Source of the DNA: Camelus ferus
Lineage: Eukaryota
Direction: 5' to 3'
DNA: 64,000 nt
Assembly: GCF_009834535.1 (NCBI RefSeq)
Contig: NC_045711.1
Coordinates: 37,138,001 to 37,202,000 of the forward strand
Part shown: one piece after another, positions 47,374-58,130 of the stretch
Layout: each line of letters starts with the position of its first letter
How positions within the stretch are numbered: the stretch's first letter is position 1
Made by a program: the position numbers and the translations under genes
Notes under the pieces: generated by a model
What the model was told of the DNA's origin: nothing
The model's input: the letters and a program-made list of their open reading frames with translations, nothing else
Databases searched by the model: none

Positions 47374-47448
47374 CTCAGCCTGGAGCTGCTGGCATATGGT
47401 GGCGTACTGGCTGATGTGACAGTCCAGGCTGATCACGTTGCTCTTCAG
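47374..47448 (-). CDS. KIF18B: KIF18B exon 8, [25 protein letters not shown] (neck)
   Basis: 75 nt, AG/GT flanks. Confidence 0.96.
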
Positions 47449-48100
47449 CTGAGATGGGGACACAGGGGAGGGGAGAAATCTGTTTGCTCATTCAAAGCAG
47501 CTGTTGGCAACAAATGGCCAGCACTGCACTAGGCACCTCACTCACATTCCCGCAACTCACCCTCACGACTGGGGAAACAGGGAGGCTGTGGCTCGCCTAA
47601 CATAGCAAGAGGCAGAGCTTGCCTTTGAACCCAAGACCCCTGGCTCCCGGACCAACACACTCTGACCAGGCCAGGGGCTTTGCAGCAGTGGCTCCAGGAG
47701 TGCCGGAGCTCCCTAGAGGAGGCAGGGAACCTGGAGCAACTCTGCTTTTATCTGTGTTATATGTTGGTGTTTATGTTGTTTTGCCAAAAATATGGGCCTG
47801 CTGCTAAAATCAAGTCTGACAAAGATCATGGGTCAACACTCGGCGACTCTCTTATGTTACATCCCTCTTGAGACGATTCTGCCTCAATCACCCCAGTGCT
47901 ATGATATTTTAAGGGCGAGGACTGTGTCACATTTGTCACAAAGAATTTCCCTGAAGACAGAGGCTGGAGAACTCTTCCCGTGGCCTCGTGGGAATGCTCA
48001 CTCCAGGTACCAGAGGAAGCCAGGAGGTCCTGTCCCCTCTTCCTGCCAGCTGGGGTCTCCTCCCGCACTCCAACTCCAGGCCACCCCAGCTGGCACGCAC

Positions 48101-48277
48101 CGAGAGTTTGATTTCCTTGGCCCGGTCAGCATACTTCAGGGTGTTGTAAGTGTCCTCGTAGACCAGGCTAGAGGGGCTGATGGCAGCGATCATCACTGTG
48201 CGGCAGTTGCCCCCGATGGAGTCCTTGAGTAGGCGGGTCAGCTTGCTGTCCCGGTAGGGCACGTGAGACTTGCGGCC
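48101..48277 (-). CDS. KIF18B: KIF18B exon 7, [35 protein letters not shown]...AKEIKLS
   Basis: 177 nt, kinesin [10 protein letters not shown] motif. Confidence 0.98.
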
Positions 48278-48431
48278 CTGGGGACAGCAGGTGGGTGTGG
48301 GGTGAGGTGGCTGGACTAGACAGACCCAGGTTGGGACTCAGCAGCTTTTGGTCCAGGGCTGGAGGGAGGGAGCCTTGGCTCGGGCACTTGGGTGCTGTCC
48401 TGGGGAGGACTCTGGCTCTGCGCAGCTTTAC

Positions 48432-48629
48432 CTTTGCGTCGGCCAGGGCATTGAGGACGTTGATGAGGGCCAGCAGCGAGCGGTTGATGTTGGCTCCCTC
48501 CCGCAGCCGCTCTCCCTTGGCATGGGTGCTGGACGCCCGCTCCGAGCCAGCTAGGTCAATCAGGCTCATCTTGGCCACCTGAAGGGCCTGGGTCAGGCCT
48601 GGAACCCGGTCCTGCTGCTTTACGAAGAT
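48432..48629 (-). CDS. KIF18B: KIF18B exon 6 (switch II, DLAGSER)
   Basis: 198 nt, AG/GT flanks. Confidence 0.98.
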
Positions 48630-48708
48630 CTGGGGGCAGACAGCAGGGATGAAGAGGCACTGGGCCTCAGGAGCCCCAGCCTCAGGCTCTGGCCCGTGAC
48701 CCTCTCAC

Positions 48709-48819
48709 CTGGAAGATGGCATGGGAGCGGGAGGAAGTGGCGTTGGCATCAGTGGGGTGCTGTGTGCGGTTCCGGTTTCCCCTGGTCAGCATCCCCAGCA
48801 GCTGCTCAGCTGAGGTCGG
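48709..48819 (-). CDS. KIF18B: KIF18B exon 5 (switch I, SSRSH)
   Basis: 111 nt, AG/GT flanks. Confidence 0.98.
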
Positions 48820-48882
48820 CTACAGAGGAGATGCACAGGAAGGGGGCTCTGGTCGCCCCAGCCGGGACTTTTCCCCCAGCAG
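48820..48882 (-). ncRNA. Sequence orthologous to the human mir-6783 mirtron at the 3' end of KIF18B intron 4; hairpin only partly preserved
   Basis: GGGGAAAAGTCC and TTCCTG..C.TCTCCTCTGTAG match hsa-mir-6783 as I recall it; expression not shown. Confidence 0.35.
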
Positions 48883-49023
48883 TGGGCTGCTCTTCAGGAC
48901 CAGTTACCCACCTGCTATCACCACCACCTCCACTGCAGGATCTATGACACCCCCAAACTGCCTGGTGAGGGGATCCCAGAGGACCAGAAGGGCTGCTCAT
49001 CCCACCTGAGCCCAATCTCTTAC

Positions 49024-49128
49024 CTGGTGGAAGGAAAGTCCTTGCACCACCACCCCCTTATCAGGGTCCTCACGGATGGCAAGGGGCCCCTTGGGCTCCA
49101 GGAGGTCATGGATCTGCTCATTATACAC
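49024..49128 (-). CDS. KIF18B: KIF18B exon 4, [35 protein letters not shown]
   Basis: 105 nt, AG/GT flanks. Confidence 0.98.
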
Positions 49129-49460
49129 CTGAGGAGAAAGGGACCGGGGAGAGATGGGAGGGAGAGGCCTGTCAGGAAGCCTCTCCCCTAGAGCCCAGGG
49201 AGGGCTGAGTCCCTGGGCCAGGGAAGCATGACGAACCACATACCGTGGTGAGGGCACTTTGTGTAATGTCACCTTGCCAGCAGGATGGGCAGGGTCAGTT
49301 GGCATGTGGTCTCTCTCCAAGCTGTGTCCGTCCTCTGGGTCCCCATCTGCCCACTCCCTAACACCCTCTCCCCAACATACCCTCTCCACTCACTCCCTCT
49401 TCAGGTGGCTGTGAGAATGAGGGTTGGGGCTGCCCCATCCTGGGGTGCAAACAGCCCTAC

Positions 49461-49618
49461 CTCCTGGTAACTGATGAGCACCTCGAATCTCTTCTCCTCC
49501 TGACGGGCCTCGAGCCTTCTGTATAGTTCCATGGTGGTCAGATACATGATGCCGGGGTCCCCCTCTCTTCCCAGCATGGTGTGTGTCTTCCCGGCCCCAG
49601 TGGCCCCATAGGCAAACA
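49461..49618 (-). CDS. KIF18B: KIF18B exon 3 (P-loop YGATGAGKT)
   Basis: 158 nt, AG/GT flanks. Confidence 0.98.
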
Positions 49619-50197
49619 CTGCAGAGGAGAGAGTAGGGAGCAGGGTGGTGGCAGGGCCAGATCCACCTTCTCCAGGGGCTCCCTGGTGCATTTCCACCTG
49701 CTTACCCCTTCCCTCCTCCGCAAGCCCCTCTCCTTTCCTTCCGCTCGTATGGTTCCACTGCTCCCACCCACCCGCATCCTTGTTTGCACCACACCTATTG
49801 AGTTCTCCGTGTCCCTGTCCCGATCCCTCTACAGGTTTGTGGACTTGAGGGCAAAGGGGTCTCCACCATGGGTGGGAGCTTATCCCTTCCTCAGGGAGGC
49901 CTTCTCCAGCCTGGGTAGCTTCCTCTCTAGAAAGCCCACAATTCTTTCCCTCATATCACTTAGCTCGGTTTATAACCACATACCTGTGGGTGTGATTGTG
50001 TGATTAGTGTCTTCTCCCCCTCTAGACTGTAAGTATGGAGAGGACAGGAACCATATCTGTCTGATCTGCTGTTGTATCCCAGGGCCCAGCAGAGTGGCCC
50101 ACACACAGGAGAAGAATGAATGGAGTGGGACCCACAGAGAATGCAAGGGCCAGAGACCCCCTCAACCAGTGCCCAGTTGAGGGGGAGGCGGGCTCAC

Positions 50198-50516
50198 CTG
50201 AGCAGTTGTAGCCTTGGAGGAAGCTGTCNNNNNNNNNNNNNNNNNNNNNNNNNNNNNNNNNNNNNNNNNNNNNNNNNNNNNNNNNNNNNNNNNNNNNNNN
50301 NNNNNNNNNNNNNNNNNNNNNNNNNNNNNNNNNNNNNNNNNNNNNNNNNNNNNNNNNNNNNNNNNNNNCCCCATCGGGCTCCTCAGGGTCAAACACTAGC
50401 ACCCGCTCATCCACCACCTGAACCACAGGCCTCCGCTGACTCTCCAACTCCCGCGGGGTGGGGGGCCGTACCCGCACCACGACCTGCACCATGCTGTCCT
50501 CCACCGCCATGACCAT
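50198..50516 (-). CDS. KIF18B: KIF18B exon 2, first coding exon (kinesin-8 motor N-terminus); ATGs at 50516 and 50510; 140-nt N-run inside
   Basis: Acceptor at 50525/50524, VVVRVRP motif, donor at 50198/50197; frame preserved across the N-run. Confidence 0.95.
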
Positions 50517-50699
50517 GGCAATACCTGGGCAGAGACATGACAGAGATTAGGACCAGTCCAACCCCAGGCCTGAGCAGGTGCCCCCTCAGCCTACACTCAG
50601 GGGTCTTCTTCCACCTCCTCCCCACAGCTGCTCTCCACTTTATACAAGAGAATAAAAGTATTGATGCCAGCACCAGTAGTTAATAAATAACTTTCTCAC

Positions 50700-52945
50700 T
50701 TAAAATACCACTTTTGCCATATCCAGATGACTATATTTTTCTTCCAAGGCGTATTGCTGGACTTTCTATTATGTTCCACTAATCTGTCTACTCCTGTGCC
50801 AACACCACACTCTTTCCACTCCATTCTTTTACAGAAGACCCACCTCTCTCCCACCTAGCTTTCTTTTTCACAATTTGCTTGGCTATTTTCAGTCATTTAT
50901 TCAGCCTATTTGACTTTAAGAAAATTTTATCAATTCCATTCCCCTTCCCAGAACACCCCCCTCCCAAAAAAATGCTACTGGGATTACAACTGGAATTATA
51001 GTAAATTTACATATTTATTTTATATTAAACTTTTTTGTACAAGAAGATGGCTATTGCCTTTGTTCAGATATTTATTTCCCTCAATAATATTTTCTGTCTC
51101 TTCAGATAGGTTCTGTAATTGTCCTTTTAACACAATTACCAAGTACTTTATGGACTTAGTGACTCTTATGAATGGAACACCTTCCCCCATTCTCCATTTC
51201 CAGGTGGTAAATGCTAGTGTGGAAAAACATGACTGATTTTTATATATCTGCCTTATACCTGTCACCCTCAAACTGTCTTATTAATCTCAATTATTTTTTT
51301 AATCCTTTTTTTTAAAGTTTTTTTTGGGGGGAAGGTGATTAGGTTAATTATTTATTTAATGGAGGTACTGGAGATTGAACCCTGGACCTCGTGCATGCTA
51401 AGCATGCACTCTACTACTTGAGCTATATCCTCCCCCAAAACTGGTTTTTATTAGAGCTTACTGAGTTTTCTGAGTATACAATTATGGATCAGAAAATCAT
51501 TTTTTATCTTTTCTTCTCCATACTTACACCAAATAGTTCATTTGTTGTCGACTGCATTCCCTAGAACTTCCAAAACAGTGAATGGTAATGATGCTAATGA
51601 ACAGCCGTGTCTTATTCTTGATCTTTAAGGAAATGGCTTTAGCGCTTCACTATTTAGATATTAGTTTTGGACAAATTGTCATTGTCATATTAGTAATTTC
51701 ATCTGTTCTTATTTTACTCAGAGTTGTTATCAGGGATGTCTAGAATTTTATTTAATGTCCTTTGAGGATCTTCTGATACGTTTATATGTTTTTTTTCCTC
51801 CTTTATTTTGTTGATGTGGTAAATTATTCAATATTATACCTGCTATCAAACTAACTGTGCATTCTTGAAAAAAATCCCACCCTGGGCATACTGAAGTCCA
51901 ATTTTTAAATGGTCGAATGTGTCAACCTTTTCTTTTATGGTTTTATGTCCTATTTAAGAAGACATTCCTTTCCTAAAGTAATAAACACTTTCCTCATATT
52001 TCTAATGCTTTTCCTGTCTTACATTTAGATGTTTATCCAGATGCAATTGTGTGTGTGAATGGTATGAGAATATTTCTAAATATCTTTTCTTTCCAAATGG
52101 TAAGCAGTTATCTCAAGATTGTTTATTAAATAGTGCATTTCTTCTCCACTAATTTAAATGCCACTTATAACTAAATTCTTATATAAACATGAACTTGTTT
52201 CTGGACTCTCCATTCTGTTCTCTCCATCCTTTTCCAGTAACTCACTGTTGTAATAACTGTGGTTCTATAATATATCACCTCATTGTTCTTTTTCTTGGCT
52301 ATTCTTGGCCATCCTGTCTTGCATATGAGTTTAGAATCAGCTTATGAGGTTCTATGAAAAATCCTGCTAAGATTTTAATTGGGATTATTTTGAATTTATA
52401 GATTAATATGAGAATGGCATCTTTACAGTATCAAGTCTTCCCATCTAAGAATATTGTATCTCTTTTCATTATTCACAACTTTATAATCTTCACTAAAATT
52501 TTATAGTCTTCCTCACATGAGTTTTGTTTATTTCTCGATGGGTTTATTACCATTTATTGCATAGTCTTTGTTATATTGTAAATAGGCTGTTTTTAAAATT
52601 ACATTTTTCTAATTCATTTTGCCAGAACATAGGAAAGTTACTGATTTCTATATGCAGATCTTGTATCTGGCCACATTGTTGAACTTCCTTATTAGTTCTA
52701 ATAGATTGTCATTGATTCTTTTAGGTTTTCCAATTAAATGATGATATAGTTTGCAAATAATGCTAGTTACTTTCTATTTTTAGCTCTCCTATATTTAGTT
52801 CCCCACCCTCCACTAACCACTAGGAATGGGTGCCAAATTTTATCAAATGCTTTTTTGGCACTTGCTGAGATGATCACACAGTGTTTCTCCTTTAGTCTGT
52901 TAATATAGAGGGTGACATGGATAGATTTCCTAATGTTGCCCTGGT
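50700..52945 (-). mobile_element. Fragmented old L1 (ORF2-derived) in KIF18B intron 1; boundaries approximate
   Basis: T-rich inverted L1 ORF2 phrases (CATCTTTACAGTATCAAGTCTTCCCATC, GCAGATCTTGTATCTGGCCAC, ATCAAATGCTTTTTTGGCA). Confidence 0.75.
51305..51436 (-). mobile_element. Camelid tRNA-Ala-derived SINE, long-tail form, sense to KIF18B
   Basis: Reverse-complement head at 51361-51436; tail with ATTAAATAAATAATTAACCTAATCACCTTCCCCCC. Confidence 0.88.
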
Positions 52946-53454
52946 AGTAATTCTAAAAGCTTATTTACCTATTCCCTCTTTTGTTCCCCTCAGATCTCTC
53001 TATGCATTTTCCATTTCTCCTTCAAGCCAGCCTACCAAGGGTAAAGATGGAATTTCTGGAATGCAGGAGTCACAGATGTCCTGGAAAAGTTCAGCCCAAG
53101 TCTAGGGATATATTAACAAGGGCAAGAAACAAGGGTTGTTCCTGGGAATTATAAATATAAATAGATGAATGCTTTCCTAGGAAAGACTAGGTCCTGTTGA
53201 AGGGTCATAATTACCAAGGTCATTCAGCAAAGAAATGTGGGATTTCTATCTAATACCCCAGCAAACAACTCATATTTTCCTTGGGGAATGAGGCAGAATT
53301 GAGTTAATTTCAAACTCCTGCCCCTCACTTCCAAACTTCTTAATTTCTTCCCCCAACAAAATTAAGATATCAACCAATAATTATCTTTTTAAGTGTGTAT
53401 AATTAATTCTATTCCTGCCCCAGTAATCAGACTACCACAATAATAAACACAATA

Positions 53455-53650
53455 GGTAAGTGCCCACTCTGTTAGGGACTGTTTTAAGCACCTTACATGT
53501 TTCATCTCCTTTCAACTCCATTGCAATCCCACAAGATATATACTATTATTGTCCTCATTTTTCAATGAGAAAATTGAGACAGAGAGGGTTAAGCAACTTG
53601 CCCAAGATCCCAGTGGTAGTAAGTGATCAATCCTGGTTCCAACCCAAGCG
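53455..53650 (-). mobile_element. MIR SINE
   Basis: CTCATTTTTCAATGAGAAAATTGAGACAGAGAGGGTTAAGCAACTTGCCCAAG. Confidence 0.75.
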
Positions 53651-54954
53651 GTCTGACCATGGAGCCTGCTATACTGCCTTATAATGACATTACATATTAT
53701 GCTCTCATGATCGCATTGTTGTAATAGTCCCTCGTGTTTGTATAATAATTATAATCCCTTTATGTAACTAACATTATACATTCTGCAAACACTTTCAGAT
53801 AAGTTGCCTGGACCTAATTTTCAACACTCAGAATTCCTGTCTCCCATTCCCACATTCCCACCCCCAGGGAACCTCACCCTTGTAACCAGAGAAGTGAAGG
53901 CAGAGGTGCCTGGCCCCACCATCTGAGTCTATATTGCCTGCCTTAATGGCAGTCCTAGCTCCCCGTGGGGAGGGTCTGAGCTGAGGAGAAGCCATAGAGC
54001 AGTCTAACATTCTAAGCAGGAAATTAAAAGGGCACTGGCAGCAGTGTGCACATAACCTTTACAGTTCTCTCCTCTCTGCCTCCTGAGGGCCAGTAAGGCA
54101 GACTGTTTGCCTAATGAGATGTTTTCCCTCTTCCCGAGACAGTGCTGGGGGCATGGGATGGGAGGTGGGGAGGGTTACGGTGACACTTGGCGTGGCCGCA
54201 GCTAGGACACCTGGGTCCTGGTCTCTGCTTTGCCTCTGACTGGTGGGGAGGTCTTTCCACCAGCCACACCACCTCGATGTCATATCAGCTTCTCCACTTT
54301 GAGAGCTAGAGAGAACAGCTACTGATCTGCTCCTGCCCCAGGGGGATGGGAGATTAACGAGAGAACGTTTGTCAAGTTTGCTTTGATCCTCGGTTGGAAA
54401 GAGCATTTCAGCCCATAGTACAAGGGAGATGATTCTTTAATAAGATCTTCAGGGTTCTGAGCCAGCCAGTCACGTCCTGTTTCTAACCCGGGGCATCTCA
54501 TTAAAACCCAGAGGCTAGTTCGCTCCTGAGCTGGGGATGGGAAGCCAAGATTCAGTTGTTTTCAGGGTAGACTCCTCTGCCCACCCTCATAAGGACAGAG
54601 AGAGTAAGCCCAAGCTCCTCAGAAGCCCCTGGAGAAGAATTTCTGAAGACTTGAGGGGATCTGCCTGCAGACATTGGGAAGTGGGAAGGCAGGGAAGGTG
54701 CTTAGCCCTTGGATATGGTACTTTTCTGGGGTTGCTGTAGTCCCCTTCATCGCTCCTTCACAGCTCACACATCATGTTTCTTGTCTTTAAGTTAAAAAAG
54801 AGCAGGACCCTCTTCTGATACAGTCTGTGCAACCCAGATCCCTAGCACCAAATCCAGCATGCAGTAGATGCTGTATAATATTTATCCTATGAATGAATAA
54901 AGGCCAGAGAAAAGCAGTCTGAATCCAAAAGCCTAAAAACAATTAAGATGATAG

Positions 54955-55160
54955 CAAACATTTATTGAGTACTTACTATGTATCAGGCACCAGGCTAGGT
55001 GCTTTACAAGTGTTTCATTTAACTTTCACAACAATTTCATTCTGTAGTTATTGATAAAATTGTTACATTGTATCAATAACTTGTTACTACTCTACAAAGG
55101 AAACTGAGGCACAGGAAGCAAATTGCCATGTGGATGGTAAGTAGCAAGGCCAGAACTTGG
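54955..55160 (-). mobile_element. MIR SINE
   Basis: CATTTATTGAGTACTTACTATGTATCAGGCAC...GGAAACTGAGGCACAG. Confidence 0.7.
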
Positions 55161-55721
55161 CTTTGTTCTGTCACCAGAGGTACTACTCTTCATCCTAGGC
55201 TGCTCTGCTCTGTCCCTGGGCTTTTGCAACTCCTATGTCCTCTTACCTCAGTACTCACAGAAAAAATGTCCAAAGACCACTGGTATTCTCTGTGGGTGGT
55301 GGTGCGGAGGAAGGAGCTGTGTTCTTTTGTTTTTTGAATAGATAATCATAGGCTCTAACTAATGATAGTTTTGTTTACTCCTTTCTAACCATTTTATTTT
55401 TCTTTTTTTATAGCTCTGGCTAGGATCTCTGATACAATATTGAAAGCAGAAATAGTGAGCAACTTGTCTCTTTCCTGATTTTATAGAGAATGCTCCCATT
55501 ATTTCACTCTTTGTTGGTTTAACGAAATTTAAATCTATTTCTAGTTTACTATTTTTTAAAAATCATAAATGGTTATTAAATTGTATTGAATTCTATTTCT
55601 GTGCCTAATGGATTATGTTTTCTCCTTTAATCAGAGAATTTAATTCCATACTAATTGCTTTTTAATTATAAATATAATATCCTATTTGAGTTATTTAAAC
55701 ATCTTTCCAAAAAAATATCCA

Positions 55722-55863
55722 GAGGGGAGGGTAAAGTGCATGCTTAGCTTGCACAGCATGCAGGAGGTCCTGGGTTCAATCCCCAGTACCTCTCCTAAAA
55801 ATTAATAAATAAACCTAATTGCCTTCCCCCCCGAAAAAAACCACACAAAAATTAATTAATTTT
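55722..55863 (+). mobile_element. Camelid tRNA-Ala-derived SINE with A-box deleted
   Basis: 11-bp TSD AAAAATATCCA at 55711-55721 and 55864-55874; head lacks TAGCTCAGTGG but keeps the B-box. Confidence 0.85.
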
Positions 55864-55924
55864 AAAAATATCCAAAAGTGGGTTTGTTTCCTTTTCTTTT
55901 GTATTTTAAACTTAATTGCTTGTG

Positions 55925-56632
55925 CAAGGAAAGCCACTGTGGAAAATAGTATGGAGATTCCTCAAAAGACTAGGAATAGACTTACCGTAGGACCCAGGAA
56001 TCCTGCTCCTGGGCATATATCCAGAAAGAACCCTACTTCAAAANNNNNNNNNNNNNNNNNNNNNNNNNNNNNNNNNNNNNNNNNNNNNNNNNNNNNNNNN
56101 NNNNNNNNNNNNNNNNNNNNNNNNNNNNNNNNNNNNNNNNNNNNNNNNNNNNNNNNNNNNNNNNNNNNNNNNNNNNNNNNNNNNNNNNNNNNNNNNNCCA
56201 TTTGCAGCAACATGGATGTTCCTGGAGAATGTCATTCTAAGTGAAGTAAGCCAGAAAGAGAAAGAAAAATACCATATGAGATTGCTTATATGAGGAATCT
56301 AAAAAAAAAAAAAAAAAAACCCAAAAAACAAACAAAACATAAATACAAAATAGAAACAGACTCATAGACATAGAAAACAAACTTGTGGTTGCCAAGGGGG
56401 CGGGGGGTGGGAAGGGACAGACTGGGATTTTAAAATGCAGAATAGGTAAACAAGATTATACTGTATAGCACAGGGAAAAATATACAAGATCTTGTGGTAG
56501 CTCATAGCAAAAAAAAAAAAAAAGTGACAATGAATATATACATGTTCATGTATGACTGAAAAATTGTGCTCTACACTAGAATTTGATCCATTGTAAAATA
56601 ACTATTACTCAATTAAAAAAAAGTTAAAAAAA
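55925..56632 (+). mobile_element. Young 5'-truncated L1 insertion
   Basis: ORF2 end plus 3'UTR and A-tail; perfect 18-bp TSD TAAACTTAATTGCTTGTG at 55907-55924 and 56633-56650. Confidence 0.92.
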
Positions 56633-57499
56633 TAAACTTAATTGCTTGTGAAAATGGAATATGGTTTGTACAATACTCTGATAATTGTTTAGATTTGCCA
56701 TGTGGCCAGATAAAGACCTCTAAAAATATAGTACTTGTACACTTTTAAAAAAATGTAAATGGAGCTGGGCTGGATAATATAAAAATCAACAAACTGAAAT
56801 GCCTTAAAATATCTCTCTGAGGGTGGTGGAATTCAATCATGAAATATGCAGAGAAGGACTGGGTACTTTGCCAGTTGTTTAAAGTATGGGACGTGGTGAT
56901 GTGAGAGGAAATAGAAGAGTGATGAGAGGAGAAAGCAATGTAACATCAAGGAGAAGCTCATACAGAAAACTTGGGGATGCTCTCTTCTGAGCTAGGCTTA
57001 ACTTCTCTGAGTTTCCCAATCTGTAAAATGTAAATATTAGTATCTTTCCCGTTGGGTTATTGCGAAGATTAAATGAGTTAACTCAAAACTGGTAAGTGCT
57101 CAATAAATGTTAGCTATCATTATCAGAATTGGTATAATATACGGCATTTTCCCATGATTTCCCATTTTCCCAGGAGAACCAATGTCTGCAGTAAAACCTC
57201 CTATTTCCTGTGACACAGACCAGGCTTATCTTTTCCATGTCACTTCAGTACCTCAAAGGGTCAAAGCTAAGTGTAGAGGCATCCTAGGCGCAAAAGCACA
57301 AGGCCTGGTTTTTCTGTTATGCAGATGTTCTTTGGTTTTCCTCTATCCAATCAAATATTTACTGGGTGCTGGCGTAACTAAGTTACGGTCCCTGGCACAG
57401 CTCTGCAATCGGTTCTGCATAAATGTACAGAGGGGGTCTTAGCTACACCATACAGATGTGCAGGGAGTCCCAGGACTCAAGTTCTAGTGCGCAGGAGGA

Positions 57500-58130
57500 C
57501 ACTATGCATGAGCAGTCAGACGTTTCCCAGAGCGGATGTACAGAGGGCTGGGCCGTGGTGCAGACGTGCGGACCCAGTCTAGGTCCTGTACAGATGAGCA
57601 GAGGGTGCGGATCTCCCGTGCAGGTGTGGATGAAAGCGCCATGCTCCCCGCACCGCCCCCCGCCCTGTTCAGAGAGAGGCACCCAGGACCTGATGGGTCT
57701 CCACGCTGCACCTTGGTGTCCCGCACAAAAAAGGCCGGGCTCCAGCTTCCGCCGCCAGCTGCAGACTCCGCGCGTCCAGACCCTAGTGCAGGAGCTCGCG
57801 GGGTCGGCTCCGCCGTGAGCCAGCGCTTACCCTTTATCGGTTCCCCGCCGCTGGTCGCCGCTCCCTGCCGGGTCCCGCCTCAGCAGACCGGAAACCCACA
57901 CCACCGGAGAGCGCCCCGCACACGCACTCCACCCGCGCCAACCTCCGGCCCGCGCCGCGTGTTCAAATTAGTCGGGTCGGCTTATGCGCGCTTCCCATTG
58001 GTCACCGCCCAGATCGCTGATTGGCTGTTTCCTAAGTAACGAAATACAGCTCGGGTGGCGGGTGCTGTCAACAGTGCGTTTGCGCACTTCCTCTTCCCGC
58101 TTCCTGAAGGTTTGAGGCAATGTCTCCGAG
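57500..58130 (-). promoter_or_regulatory. KIF18B: KIF18B CpG-island promoter with CHR (TTTGAA 57962-57967) and CCAAT boxes (57997-58001, 58020-58024)
   Basis: CpG-rich; motifs read on the minus strand next to exon 1. Confidence 0.85.
57831..57960 (-). other. KIF18B: KIF18B non-coding exon 1 (donor exact, TSS approximate)
   Basis: Donor AGG/GTAAGC at 57831/57830; no ATG in this interval. Confidence 0.8.
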
